NCBI GenBank assembly: GCA_040005235.1
Contig: JBDTZG010000068.1
Span: 1 to 27,144 of the forward strand
Reading direction: 5' to 3'
Source: Acidobacteriota bacterium
Lineage (GTDB): Bacteria > Acidobacteriota > Thermoanaerobaculia > Multivoradales > UBA5704
DNA length: 27,144 nt
Below are positions 8,558 through 16,081 of the stretch, in pieces. The position numbers were made by a program, and so were the translations under genes. The notes under the pieces were generated by a model. That model did not search any database. It worked only from the letters and a program-made list of their open reading frames with translations, and was not told the origin of the DNA. Every line of letters starts with the position of its first letter. The first letter of the stretch is position 1.

Positions 8558-11263
8558 CTAGAGCTGAGCACGCACCTCGGCCAGTCGGCGGGCGAGCTCA
8601 TGGGCGGAGTCCGGACGCCGGGTGCGCGCCCTGTGCAGCGTGCCCCGGAACAGCTCGACCAGCGCTTTCGGGGTGTCCGGCCGTTCGGCAGCAAGGTCAG
8701 GAACCCGAACCAGCTGGATTCGCACGCTCAGCTGCCGGTCGTTGTCGCCGGAAAACACCTTGCGTCCCAGCAGACATTCGAACAACACGACCGACAGGCT
8801 CCAGAGGTCGCAGGCCACGTCCGGCGCCCCGCCGTTCAAGATTTCGGGCGCGAGGTACGGCAGCGTCCCGGCCATGACGTGCGAGGCCGTCGAAGCGGTC
8901 GAGGCGTTGGCGGCCGCCGCCCTCTCCCGGCTCGTTCCGGTGGAACTGCCGGGCCGTCCGCCGATCCAGGTAGGCGGCAACAGGGTCGAGTCGATGTCCT
9001 CCTGCGGCAGCTCGGAGTTCCTCGGGCTCTCGCGCTCCGTGCTTCCCGGAGCGCGGGCGATGCCGAAGTCCATCAGCTTCGGCACGCCCTCGCCCGAGTA
9101 GCCGATGTTGCTCGGCTTGACGTCGCGATGAAGGATATCGGCCTCGTGCAGCCGCTCGAGCGCCCCGGCCATCGCGATCCCCAGATCGATGGTTTCGAGC
9201 GGAGATAGCTGACCTTCCGTCAGGCGGTCGGCGAGCGTGCCCCCGGCCAGATATTCAAAGATCATGATCGGCGTGCCGAGCCACGTTTCGATGCCGTACA
9301 CCCCGGCGAGATGGGTATGAGAAAAACGCGCCGCCGTCCGCGCCTCGCGGCGCAGACGCACCGCGTCCTCCGGCGAGACCCGACGCAAGGTCTTCGCCGC
9401 GATCGGGCGGCCGAGCGCGAGATCCGTACCACGATAGACGACGCCCATTCCCCCAATGCCGAGCCGCTGCTCGAAACGGTAACGACCGGGCAGGATGTAC
9501 GGAATCGGCGCCGACTCCAAGCGGTGGCTGCACTTGCCGCAATAGACCAGGAAGGCGCGGTACAGCCCGCCGCAACTGAGGCACTCGCGCGCGGCCTCCG
9601 CGGCCGGCCCGAATCGCTCCGGCTCGGCGCGGCTCGGATCGTCATGAGGTGCGCTCTCTTCGATCGGACGGGCGGCTTCGCGCTCGCGGCTGGACTGCAG
9701 CTCCAACCCAAGCGCCGCGGTCCGCGCAACGTCCGCGAGCAGCCGCCGATCCTCGCGCAGAAACGGCAGCTCGCTCTTCTTTGTGCCGAGCGCGATCACC
9801 CCGAGCAGCGAACCGCTGGCCGCTTGAATCGGCACCAGGAGCCGCAGCTCGGCGTCGGCCAACCAATGGCGATCGGCCTCCGGCAGCAGAGCGAGCGGCG
9901 AGCGCGGATTTTCGAGGTCGACGTCCAGTGGTTCGCTCGCCTCGGCGATTTTGAGCCCGAGCGGCGAAGAGGCATCCAACCGCCGCGCCCGGCGGCGCGG
10001 ATCTTCGAGCTGGCCGGTTCGGTGATCCTCCAGGAGCAGCGCCGAATGCTCCAAGTGAAGCGCCCGGTCGATGCCGCCGAGGATCAGGTTCGCCAGATCT
10101 TCGGGACTTGCCGCGGTGCGGATCCGCTGGACCAACTCAGTCAGGATCTGGCGGGCATCTACCTGTTCCCGGAAGAAATGCCGGTCGAGCGCGGCGAGGA
10201 TCGGCCGCCGGAACCAGAGCATCGCCAGCCCGACCGCCGCGGGAAAACCCAGGCGCAGCACTTTCCCTTCTGAGAAGACTTCGCCGATCGGCCGCGCCCG
10301 TTGCTCGAAGAGGTACCAGACCATCAAGCCAAACGGGATCGCCCCCAGCGCGACCACTGTCGCGCGGGCCATGGCGTAACTGACGATACCTCTCGCGATC
10401 AATCGCAGGTCGAGCACCTGATGGACCAGCACCGCGTAAGCGGAAGTGAACGGCACCGACCAGAGAAACGAAAAGCAGAGCGCGATCAGCAGCGCCCGGT
10501 GAGCGGCGAAAGCGGCTCCGATCGGCGGCACGACGGCGCCGAGCACGAACTCACCGAAGTTCGCGACGACCATCGGCGCGAAGCCGAGCAACAAAGCCCC
10601 CAACAAGAGACGGACGCGGCGGCGGTCTTCCCCGGTTTCGCCCCGTAAACGCCAGGCGATCATGCCCAATCCTGGCACCAAGGCGGTGAAGACGAACCCC
10701 CAGAACAGACTGCCGTCTTCGCGATCGAGCATCGCGCCCCACCGGGAGAGCGGCATTCCGGCGATCTGTTGGAAGGCGCCGAAAAGGTTCACCGCGAAGA
10801 GGATCACGCCTCCCCAGGTGGTCAGCCGAACCGCTGCCGATCCGAGTCGGCGCTCGTACCAATCGAGGTGCCCGTGAGGAAAGCGGAGCGCGAAGCGCCA
10901 GAGGAACAGCGGTAAGAAGGCATCCACCTCGAGTTCTTCGAGAAGCTTCGGTAGTACCCCCCATCCGGGCAGCCGCGCCCCCGCTTCGGCCCAGATCCGC
11001 AGCGGGGCGTTGTCGAACGTCGAAGCGAGCAGGAGATAGAGAACGCCCAGGTCGAACGCCCGCCGGTCGTTGCGACCGCCGATCAGGAACACCAGGGCGC
11101 CGAGCGCGAACGCCCCGGCCGAGAGGACACCGCGGTAGTCCGCGAGCCATCCGGTGCCGATCGGGACCAGCGCCCCCGGCACGCTCAGATATGCCACGAA
11201 GGTGGCGGCCACCTTGACCAGCGCCACCGCCACCAAGAGGTGAACCCAACCGCTCCGTTTCAT
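8558..11263 (-). CDS. Polytopic membrane Hanks-type Ser/Thr protein kinase (multi-TM sensor - GAF - zinc ribbon - kinase)
   Basis: About 9-10 hydrophobic segments in the first ~355 aa; linker LDRHFFRE; GAF-like region (LLVPI...LLGVIALGTKKSELPFLREDRRLL); CLSC-x10-CGKC; kinase motifs GIGGMGVVY, IAAK, REAR, HRDVKPSN, DFG, GTLPYLAPE, DLWSL. RBS AGGGAGGG upstream. Confidence 0.9.
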   Translation of the reverse strand: MKRSGWVHLLVAVALVKVAATFVAYLSVPGALVPIGTGWLADYRGVLSAGAFALGALVFLIGGRNDRRAFDLGVLYLLLASTFDNAPLRIWAEAGARLPGWGVLPKLLEELEVDAFLPLFLWRFALRFPHGHLDWYERRLGSAAVRLTTWGGVILFAVNLFGAFQQIAGMPLSRWGAMLDREDGSLFWGFVFTALVPGLGMIAWRLRGETGEDRRRVRLLLGALLLGFAPMVVANFGEFVLGAVVPPIGAAFAAHRALLIALCFSFLWSVPFTSAYAVLVHQVLDLRLIARGIVSYAMARATVVALGAIPFGLMVWYLFEQRARPIGEVFSEGKVLRLGFPAAVGLAMLWFRRPILAALDRHFFREQVDARQILTELVQRIRTAASPEDLANLILGGIDRALHLEHSALLLEDHRTGQLEDPRRRARRLDASSPLGLKIAEASEPLDVDLENPRSPLALLPEADRHWLADAELRLLVPIQAASGSLLGVIALGTKKSELPFLREDRRLLADVARTAALGLELQSSREREAARPIEESAPHDDPSRAEPERFGPAAEAARECLSCGGLYRAFLVYCGKCSHRLESAPIPYILPGRYRFEQRLGIGGMGVVYRGTDLALGRPIAAKTLRRVSPEDAVRLRREARTAARFSHTHLAGVYGIETWLGTPIMIFEYLAGGTLADRLTEGQLSPLETIDLGIAMAGALERLHEADILHRDVKPSNIGYSGEGVPKLMDFGIARAPGSTERESPRNSELPQEDIDSTLLPPTWIGGRPGSSTGTSRERAAAANASTASTASHVMAGTLPYLAPEILNGGAPDVACDLWSLSVVLFECLLGRKVFSGDNDRQLSVRIQLVRVPDLAAERPDTPKALVELFRGTLHRARTRRPDSAHELARRLAEVRAQL

Positions 11264-11296
11264 CGCGGCGCGAACCCTCCCTTTAGGAACGCGCCA

Positions 11297-11620
11297 TTAG
11301 GTTTGCGCCGATGGGCAATAGGGTGTGCCCGATTCGCTCTCGACAGTCAGGCAGGCGCTCTCCATCGTCGTCGCGGAGATCGATCCTCCGCTGGAAAGCG
11401 AAGCGGCGAGCGCGCCGATATCGCGGCAGCGGTCGAGAATATCGCCACCGATCGTGCTCCAGGCATCCTGCGGCGTTCCACGGCCGGGTTGAGAGGTCAC
11501 GATCCAAGCATAACCGTGATTCTCCAAGTAAGTCGCGGCGGCTTCTTCGAGCGAGGCTCCGCCTGCCCCCTGACCGATGGCAAACACCATTTCTCCGTAG
11601 ATCGTGTCCTGACTCGGCAT
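11297..11620 (-). CDS. Small acidic Ser/Thr-rich protein (107 aa), possible histone-fold-like protein, co-transcribed with the kinase
   Basis: GGAGGAG RBS (11627-11633) 6 nt before ATG at 11620 (MPSQDTIYGEMVFAIGQGAG...TPYCPSAQT). Sigma70 promoter upstream; 33-nt gap to the kinase start. The fold assignment is inference from the helix pattern only. Confidence 0.7.
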   Translation of the reverse strand: MPSQDTIYGEMVFAIGQGAGGASLEEAAATYLENHGYAWIVTSQPGRGTPQDAWSTIGGDILDRCRDIGALAASLSSGGSISATTMESACLTVESESGTPYCPSAQT

Positions 11621-11699
11621 GTTCGTCTCCTCCACGAACGCGAAATCCCGAGCCGGAATGGCGCAGGATGCGCTCATGTGACTGAAAACTTTTGTTTGC

Positions 11700-11728
11700 A
11701 GTGTAGAGACGAAATGAAGCAATTGCAA
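11700..11728 (-). promoter_or_regulatory. Sigma70-type promoter for the small protein-kinase operon
   Basis: Minus strand TTGCAA-N17-TACACT in a locally AT-rich stretch, about 80 nt upstream of ATG 11620. Confidence 0.65.
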
Positions 11729-11785
11729 CGACTGGATTGGGGCGCGCCAGCCGGACACGCCCCGATTCGGGAGGACTGTCGGCGC

Positions 11786-12403
11786 CTAGTACTTGACCGA
11801 GCAGCCGTACGGCTGGGTCACGGCGGGGTTCAGGGGCCGGCCCGCCAGCTCGGCGCCAAGGCCGGAATCTACGTAGTTCACCCGAGCCGGCTTCGCCTTG
11901 CGGCCGCTCGGGTCGTCGTCGATCGCGCCGTTGTAGGCGATCTTTCCCGTCGGATCGACGATGAACATGTGGGGCGTGGTCTTTGCGCCATAGGCATGGC
12001 CGACGTTGCCGGTCGGATCGTAGAGAATCGAGTAGCCGATGCCGTTTTTCTTCGCCCAAGCCAGGTGCTCGGCGGGCGGCAGGTAGTCCTGATGCTTGGG
12101 GTTCGTGCTGTTGATTCCGAGCCAGACCACCTGAGCGTACTTCTTGTTCAGGTCGACCATGGTCTTCTCCCGCGCCTGGCGGTCGGAGAACGGACAGTTC
12201 GGGTTGATCCATTCGAGCACCACGACCTTGCCCTGATACTGATCGAGCGACTGCACCTTGCCGTTCAGGTCGGTGAGCTTCCAAGCGGGAGCTTTTTCGC
12301 CCACCGCAACGGTCGCCGCCGCGGGCAGGGTCCCGAACGCAAGAACTGCCCCAAGCGCCAGGCTGGCGGTGACGAGTGCGGTACGAATTCTCTTCATCTT
12401 CAT
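11786..12403 (-). CDS. Secreted thioredoxin-fold redoxin (AhpC/TSA, peroxiredoxin-like)
   Basis: Signal peptide; VGEKAPAWKLTDLNGK; VVLEWINPNCPF; YGAKTTPHMFIVD; YNGAIDD; C-terminal YGCSVKY. Confidence 0.85.
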   Translation of the reverse strand: MKMKRIRTALVTASLALGAVLAFGTLPAAATVAVGEKAPAWKLTDLNGKVQSLDQYQGKVVVLEWINPNCPFSDRQAREKTMVDLNKKYAQVVWLGINSTNPKHQDYLPPAEHLAWAKKNGIGYSILYDPTGNVGHAYGAKTTPHMFIVDPTGKIAYNGAIDDDPSGRKAKPARVNYVDSGLGAELAGRPLNPAVTQPYGCSVKY

Positions 12404-12448
12404 CGTGTTCCCTTCTCCTCGGTTGACGGTCGTATTGGGAAGGTCGGT

Positions 12449-13618
12449 TTACCGGCAGGCCCTCCGGCGGAAAAGCCAGAAGGCGAGCCCCAGCCCGAGC
12501 AGAGCAAGCTCGATGCCCGCCAGCCCCGGCGCCGTCACCCGGATCGCGAGCAGATAAAGACAGGCGACGACGAGGCCGAGCGCGGCAAAGCCGAGCAGGC
12601 CGCGCCCGAGGCTCGCGGATTCCTTCCCCCAGAGCGCCATGGCCACTGCCAGGAACCCCGCGGCGAGCACGGCCAGCAGGATCGGCATCCATTTCACCGC
12701 GGAGCGTGAAGCTTGGGAGGCCGCGACGGAACCCGGCGTGGCGAGCTGCCGCCGCACTTCCAGAGCGACCGGCGCCCCTTTCTCGACCAGGCCGACCGCG
12801 GTGAAGGCGAGGGGAAATCTCTTCGGTAGAGGGAGATCGGTCCGGCGCGGCACCAGCGGCAGCTCGAAACGGACGCCGCCCGGCAACCGCAGGACGACCG
12901 GCCGGCCGATCTCGAACAGCTCCTGAGGCTCGACGAACAGGTCGGAAGCGGGCGAAGCCTCGACACCTTCGAGCTCGATGTCGAGGACGAGGGAAGACGC
13001 CGAACGCGCCAGCTCGGCACGGACCGCGACGCCCGGAAGCGTGCCATCCCGGCGGGGTAGCGACTCTTCGGCCCGATCGAGCAGCGGCGCGGTCTCCGAA
13101 TCGTCGGCCGACGCCGGAGCGAGGGCCAGGTCGAGCGCCAGGCGGTAGCGGTAGGGGACGCAGTCGACTTCGCAGGTCAAGTAGTCGACGTCCGCCTCGA
13201 TCCGCACACTCTTGGCTCCCGCCGGGGCTAAGTACTGCCGGGGTTTGAGCGGATAGACGACCTCCCCCTCGTAGCCGATCGCGAACAGGCCGCCGGAGAG
13301 CGCAAAGCGACGCGGCGCGGGAAACTCGATCTCGACCGTCGGCTCTCGGCCCACCAGCTCCGGCGGCGCGAGCAGATCGACGCGCGGCGGAAACCCCGCG
13401 TCGCCCGGGTTCTTCCAGTAGACGTGCCAACCGGGCGCGGTGCGGAACTCGACGCCGAGGCGGATCGGCGCCTCGTTCCCGGACGCCAAAGCGGATTCGG
13501 CGGCGATCAGGCGGACCGCCCCGTGCGGGTTCGTCTGCCAGGGACTCGTAGCGGCGGCCGCCAGGGCAGGCAGCGCTAGGCCCGAGAGAAGTGCGATCGG
13601 GGGCAGTAACGTTTTCAG
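12449..13618 (-). CDS. DsbD N-terminal (Ig-like CxxxC) domain protein with three C-terminal TM helices; probable CTG start
   Basis: APGWHVYWKNPGDAG and YLTCEVDCVP motifs. The frame extends 43 codons upstream of the called TTG (13489) to CTG 13618, giving a signal peptide (MKTLLPPIALLSGLALPALAAA) with GGAGG 9 nt upstream. Confidence 0.75.
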   Translation of the reverse strand: MKTLLPPIALLSGLALPALAAAATSPWQTNPHGAVRLIAAESALASGNEAPIRLGVEFRTAPGWHVYWKNPGDAGFPPRVDLLAPPELVGREPTVEIEFPAPRRFALSGGLFAIGYEGEVVYPLKPRQYLAPAGAKSVRIEADVDYLTCEVDCVPYRYRLALDLALAPASADDSETAPLLDRAEESLPRRDGTLPGVAVRAELARSASSLVLDIELEGVEASPASDLFVEPQELFEIGRPVVLRLPGGVRFELPLVPRRTDLPLPKRFPLAFTAVGLVEKGAPVALEVRRQLATPGSVAASQASRSAVKWMPILLAVLAAGFLAVAMALWGKESASLGRGLLGFAALGLVVACLYLLAIRVTAPGLAGIELALLGLGLAFWLFRRRACR

Positions 13619-13674
13619 AGTCGGGGTCCTCCAGGTCGGGCAGCGCTTACGGGTTAAGATCCTACCGGTTCCCG

Positions 13675-14970
13675 ATGCGCGTCTACTTCACCAACCTCGG
13701 CTGCAAGCTCAACCAGGCGGAAACCGAGCGCTGGGCGCGCGATTTCGCCGCCGCCGGATGGCAGGTGGCGGCCGAGATCGAATCCGCCGATCTCCACGTG
13801 GTCCACTCCTGTACGGTCACCGCGGAGGCCGAGCGCTCCTCCCGCCGCGCCGCCGGCCGGGGGAGGCGCAAGGGGTTGCCACTGCGCACGGTCCTCGCCG
13901 GCTGTTACGCGACGTCCCACCCGGAGGCCGCGGCGCGCGCGGCGGGAGTCGATCTGATCGTCTCGAACCAAGAAAAGGCGGACCTGCTCCGTCTCGTCAC
14001 TCGGGCGTTTCCGGATCTTTCTCCAGAGCCCCTTCCGGTCGAGATCGAAATCCCTTGCTCTGCTCCTGAACCCGGTCGGACGCGGACGTTCCTCAAAGTG
14101 GAGGACGGCTGCGACATGCGTTGCGCGTTCTGTATCATCCCATCGGTGCGCGGCGGCCAAAGGAGCCGGCCGCTGCCCGAGGTGATCGCCGACCTCCGCG
14201 CCCTCGCCCCACCGGACCGCCCCGGGGCGCCCGAGATCGTGGTCACCGGCGTACAGATCTCTTCCTATCGTTGGCAGGGGCTGCGCCTGCCCGACCTGGT
14301 GGCCGCCTTGTTGGATGCTCTCCCCAAGGGAGAGCGGGCTCCCCGCTTGAGGCTCTCCTCGATCGCTCCGTGGGAGTTCGACCGGCGCCTGCTGCCGTTG
14401 TTCGCCGATCCGCGTCTCTGCCGCCACCTGCACCTGTCGCTCCAGAGCGGCGCCGCCGCAACCCTGAAGCGGATGCACCGACCGCACACCCCCGAGCGCT
14501 ATGCCGACCTGCTCGGGGAGATCCGCGCGGCGGTGCCGGGGGTCGCGATCACCACCGATGTGATCGCCGGCTTCCCGGGCGAAAACGATGAGGATTTCGA
14601 AGAGAGCCTCGCGTTCGTCGCCCGGGTGGAGTTCGCCAAGATTCACGCCTTCCCCTATTCCCCCCGGCCGGGCACCGAGGCTGCGAATCTGCCTGGACAA
14701 CTCCCGACCGCGACCATCCACGCCCGGAACCTCCGGCTGATCGCCCTCGCCGCCGAGGCCGAGCGCCGCCATGCCGAACGCCAGATCGGCCGGCGAGCAA
14801 ACGTCCTGTGGGAAAACCCGCGCCGAGGTCTCGACGGACCGATCGGCCAAGGGCTCACGGGCGACTACCTCCGCGTGCTCTGTCCGGAGGCGGCGGGCCT
14901 CGCCGGAACCTTTGCGGCGGCTGATCTGTTCGAGGTCGCCGCAGGCGGCGTAATGGGCCGCCTGAGTTAG
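13675..14970 (+). CDS. mtaB: Radical SAM methylthiotransferase, MtaB-like (tRNA ms2t6A37)
   Basis: N-terminal UPF0004 domain (NLGCKLNQAE, SCTVT, AGCY); LKVEDGCDMRCAFC (CxxxCxxC); HLHLSLQSG; TTDVIAGFPGE; HAFPYSPRPGT. Start set at ATG 13675. Confidence 0.75.
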   Translation: MRVYFTNLGCKLNQAETERWARDFAAAGWQVAAEIESADLHVVHSCTVTAEAERSSRRAAGRGRRKGLPLRTVLAGCYATSHPEAAARAAGVDLIVSNQEKADLLRLVTRAFPDLSPEPLPVEIEIPCSAPEPGRTRTFLKVEDGCDMRCAFCIIPSVRGGQRSRPLPEVIADLRALAPPDRPGAPEIVVTGVQISSYRWQGLRLPDLVAALLDALPKGERAPRLRLSSIAPWEFDRRLLPLFADPRLCRHLHLSLQSGAAATLKRMHRPHTPERYADLLGEIRAAVPGVAITTDVIAGFPGENDEDFEESLAFVARVEFAKIHAFPYSPRPGTEAANLPGQLPTATIHARNLRLIALAAEAERRHAERQIGRRANVLWENPRRGLDGPIGQGLTGDYLRVLCPEAAGLAGTFAAADLFEVAAGGVMGRLS

Positions 14971-15025
14971 GATCTGCGACCGGCGACGCGCGGGCGCCGT
15001 CCCTTTCCTCGGTGGAATTCTCACG

Positions 15026-16081
15026 ATGGACAAGAAGATCGAAGTCGGCATCCTCGGCGCCACCGGCACGGTCGGGCAGCGCTTCATTCAAATTCTCGAA
15101 GGGCACCCCTGGTTCGAGGTCGCCTGGCTCGGCGCCTCCGACCGAAGCGCGGGCAAGCGCTATGCCGAGGCGACCGCCTGGCAGCTCAACACGCCCATCC
15201 CGGCGCGGATCGCCGAGATGACGGTCGAAGAATGTACGCCGGGCACCGCGCCGCAGCTCGCCTTCTCTTCGATGGCCGGCGCGCAGGCTGGCGAAATCGA
15301 ACAGGCCTTCGCACAGGCGGGGCATTTCGTAGTCTCGAACTCCAGCCACTTCCGGATGGCCGAGGACGTGCCGCTCCTGGTGCCCGAGATCAACCCCGAG
15401 CACCTCGGCCTGCTCGCCATTCAGCGGCGCAACCGCGGCTGGTCCGGCGCGATCGTCACCAATCCGAACTGCGCCGCGATGGTGTTGGTGATGCCGCTCG
15501 CCGCCTGGGACCGGTTCGGGGTGGACCGGGTGCTCGCGAGCACGCTCCAGTCCGCTTCGGGTGCCGGCTATCCGGGGGTCCCCTCGCTCGACATCCTGGG
15601 CAATGTGATCCCCTATATCGGCGGCGACGAGGAAGGAAAATTCGCCCGTGAAACGGTGAAGATCCTCGGGCGATTGAGCCCTGACGGCGAGCGGATCGAG
15701 CCGCTACGGGCTCAGGTCGCCGCGAACTGCCATCGGGTCCCGGTGATCGACGGCCACATGGTGACCGCTAGCGTCGGATTTGGCGAGATGCCGCTTCTGT
15801 CGGACCTCGCCCAGGCGCTCGACTCGTTTTCCGGCCGGCCGCAGGAGCGAGGTCTCCCTTCGGCCCCCTCGCGACCGATCCATCGCACCGAGGCGCTCGA
15901 CCGCCCCCAGCCGCGCCGCGATGCCGGGGCCGAGCGCGGCATGGCGACCACCGTGGGCCGCCTGCGCCCATGCCCCATCCTCGGCGTTCGGTTCAGCGCC
16001 CTGTCGCACAACGTGATCCGCGGCGCAGCGGGCGCCGCTCTCTTGAACGCCGAGCTGATCCGGAGCGAAGACCTACTGTGA
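15026..16081 (+). CDS. asd: Aspartate-semialdehyde dehydrogenase (archaeal/fungal-type clade)
   Basis: GILGATGTVGQRF, VPLLVPEINPEH, catalytic NPNC, QSASGAGYPG, RVPVIDGH, HNVIRGAAG. Confidence 0.93.
   Translation: MDKKIEVGILGATGTVGQRFIQILEGHPWFEVAWLGASDRSAGKRYAEATAWQLNTPIPARIAEMTVEECTPGTAPQLAFSSMAGAQAGEIEQAFAQAGHFVVSNSSHFRMAEDVPLLVPEINPEHLGLLAIQRRNRGWSGAIVTNPNCAAMVLVMPLAAWDRFGVDRVLASTLQSASGAGYPGVPSLDILGNVIPYIGGDEEGKFARETVKILGRLSPDGERIEPLRAQVAANCHRVPVIDGHMVTASVGFGEMPLLSDLAQALDSFSGRPQERGLPSAPSRPIHRTEALDRPQPRRDAGAERGMATTVGRLRPCPILGVRFSALSHNVIRGAAGAALLNAELIRSEDLL

Noticed and set aside
11621-11758. N-terminal extension of the 153-aa ORF call
   Set aside because: It spans the promoter and the strong GGAGGAG RBS; ATG 11620 is the better start.
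11283-13430. 715-aa minus-strand ORF (and the 489-aa plus-strand ORF 11240-12709)
   Set aside because: Alternative frames over three genes with clear motifs or RBSs; the composition is typical of non-coding GC-rich frames.
13675-14970. Radical SAM enzyme as a RiPP maturase for the small peptides
   Set aside because: It has the UPF0004 methylthiotransferase N-terminus (MiaB/MtaB/RimO family), no SPASM or RRE domain, and is divergently transcribed.
14971-15025. Lysine riboswitch upstream of the dap operon
   Set aside because: The intergenic region is only 55 nt, far too short for a lysine riboswitch.
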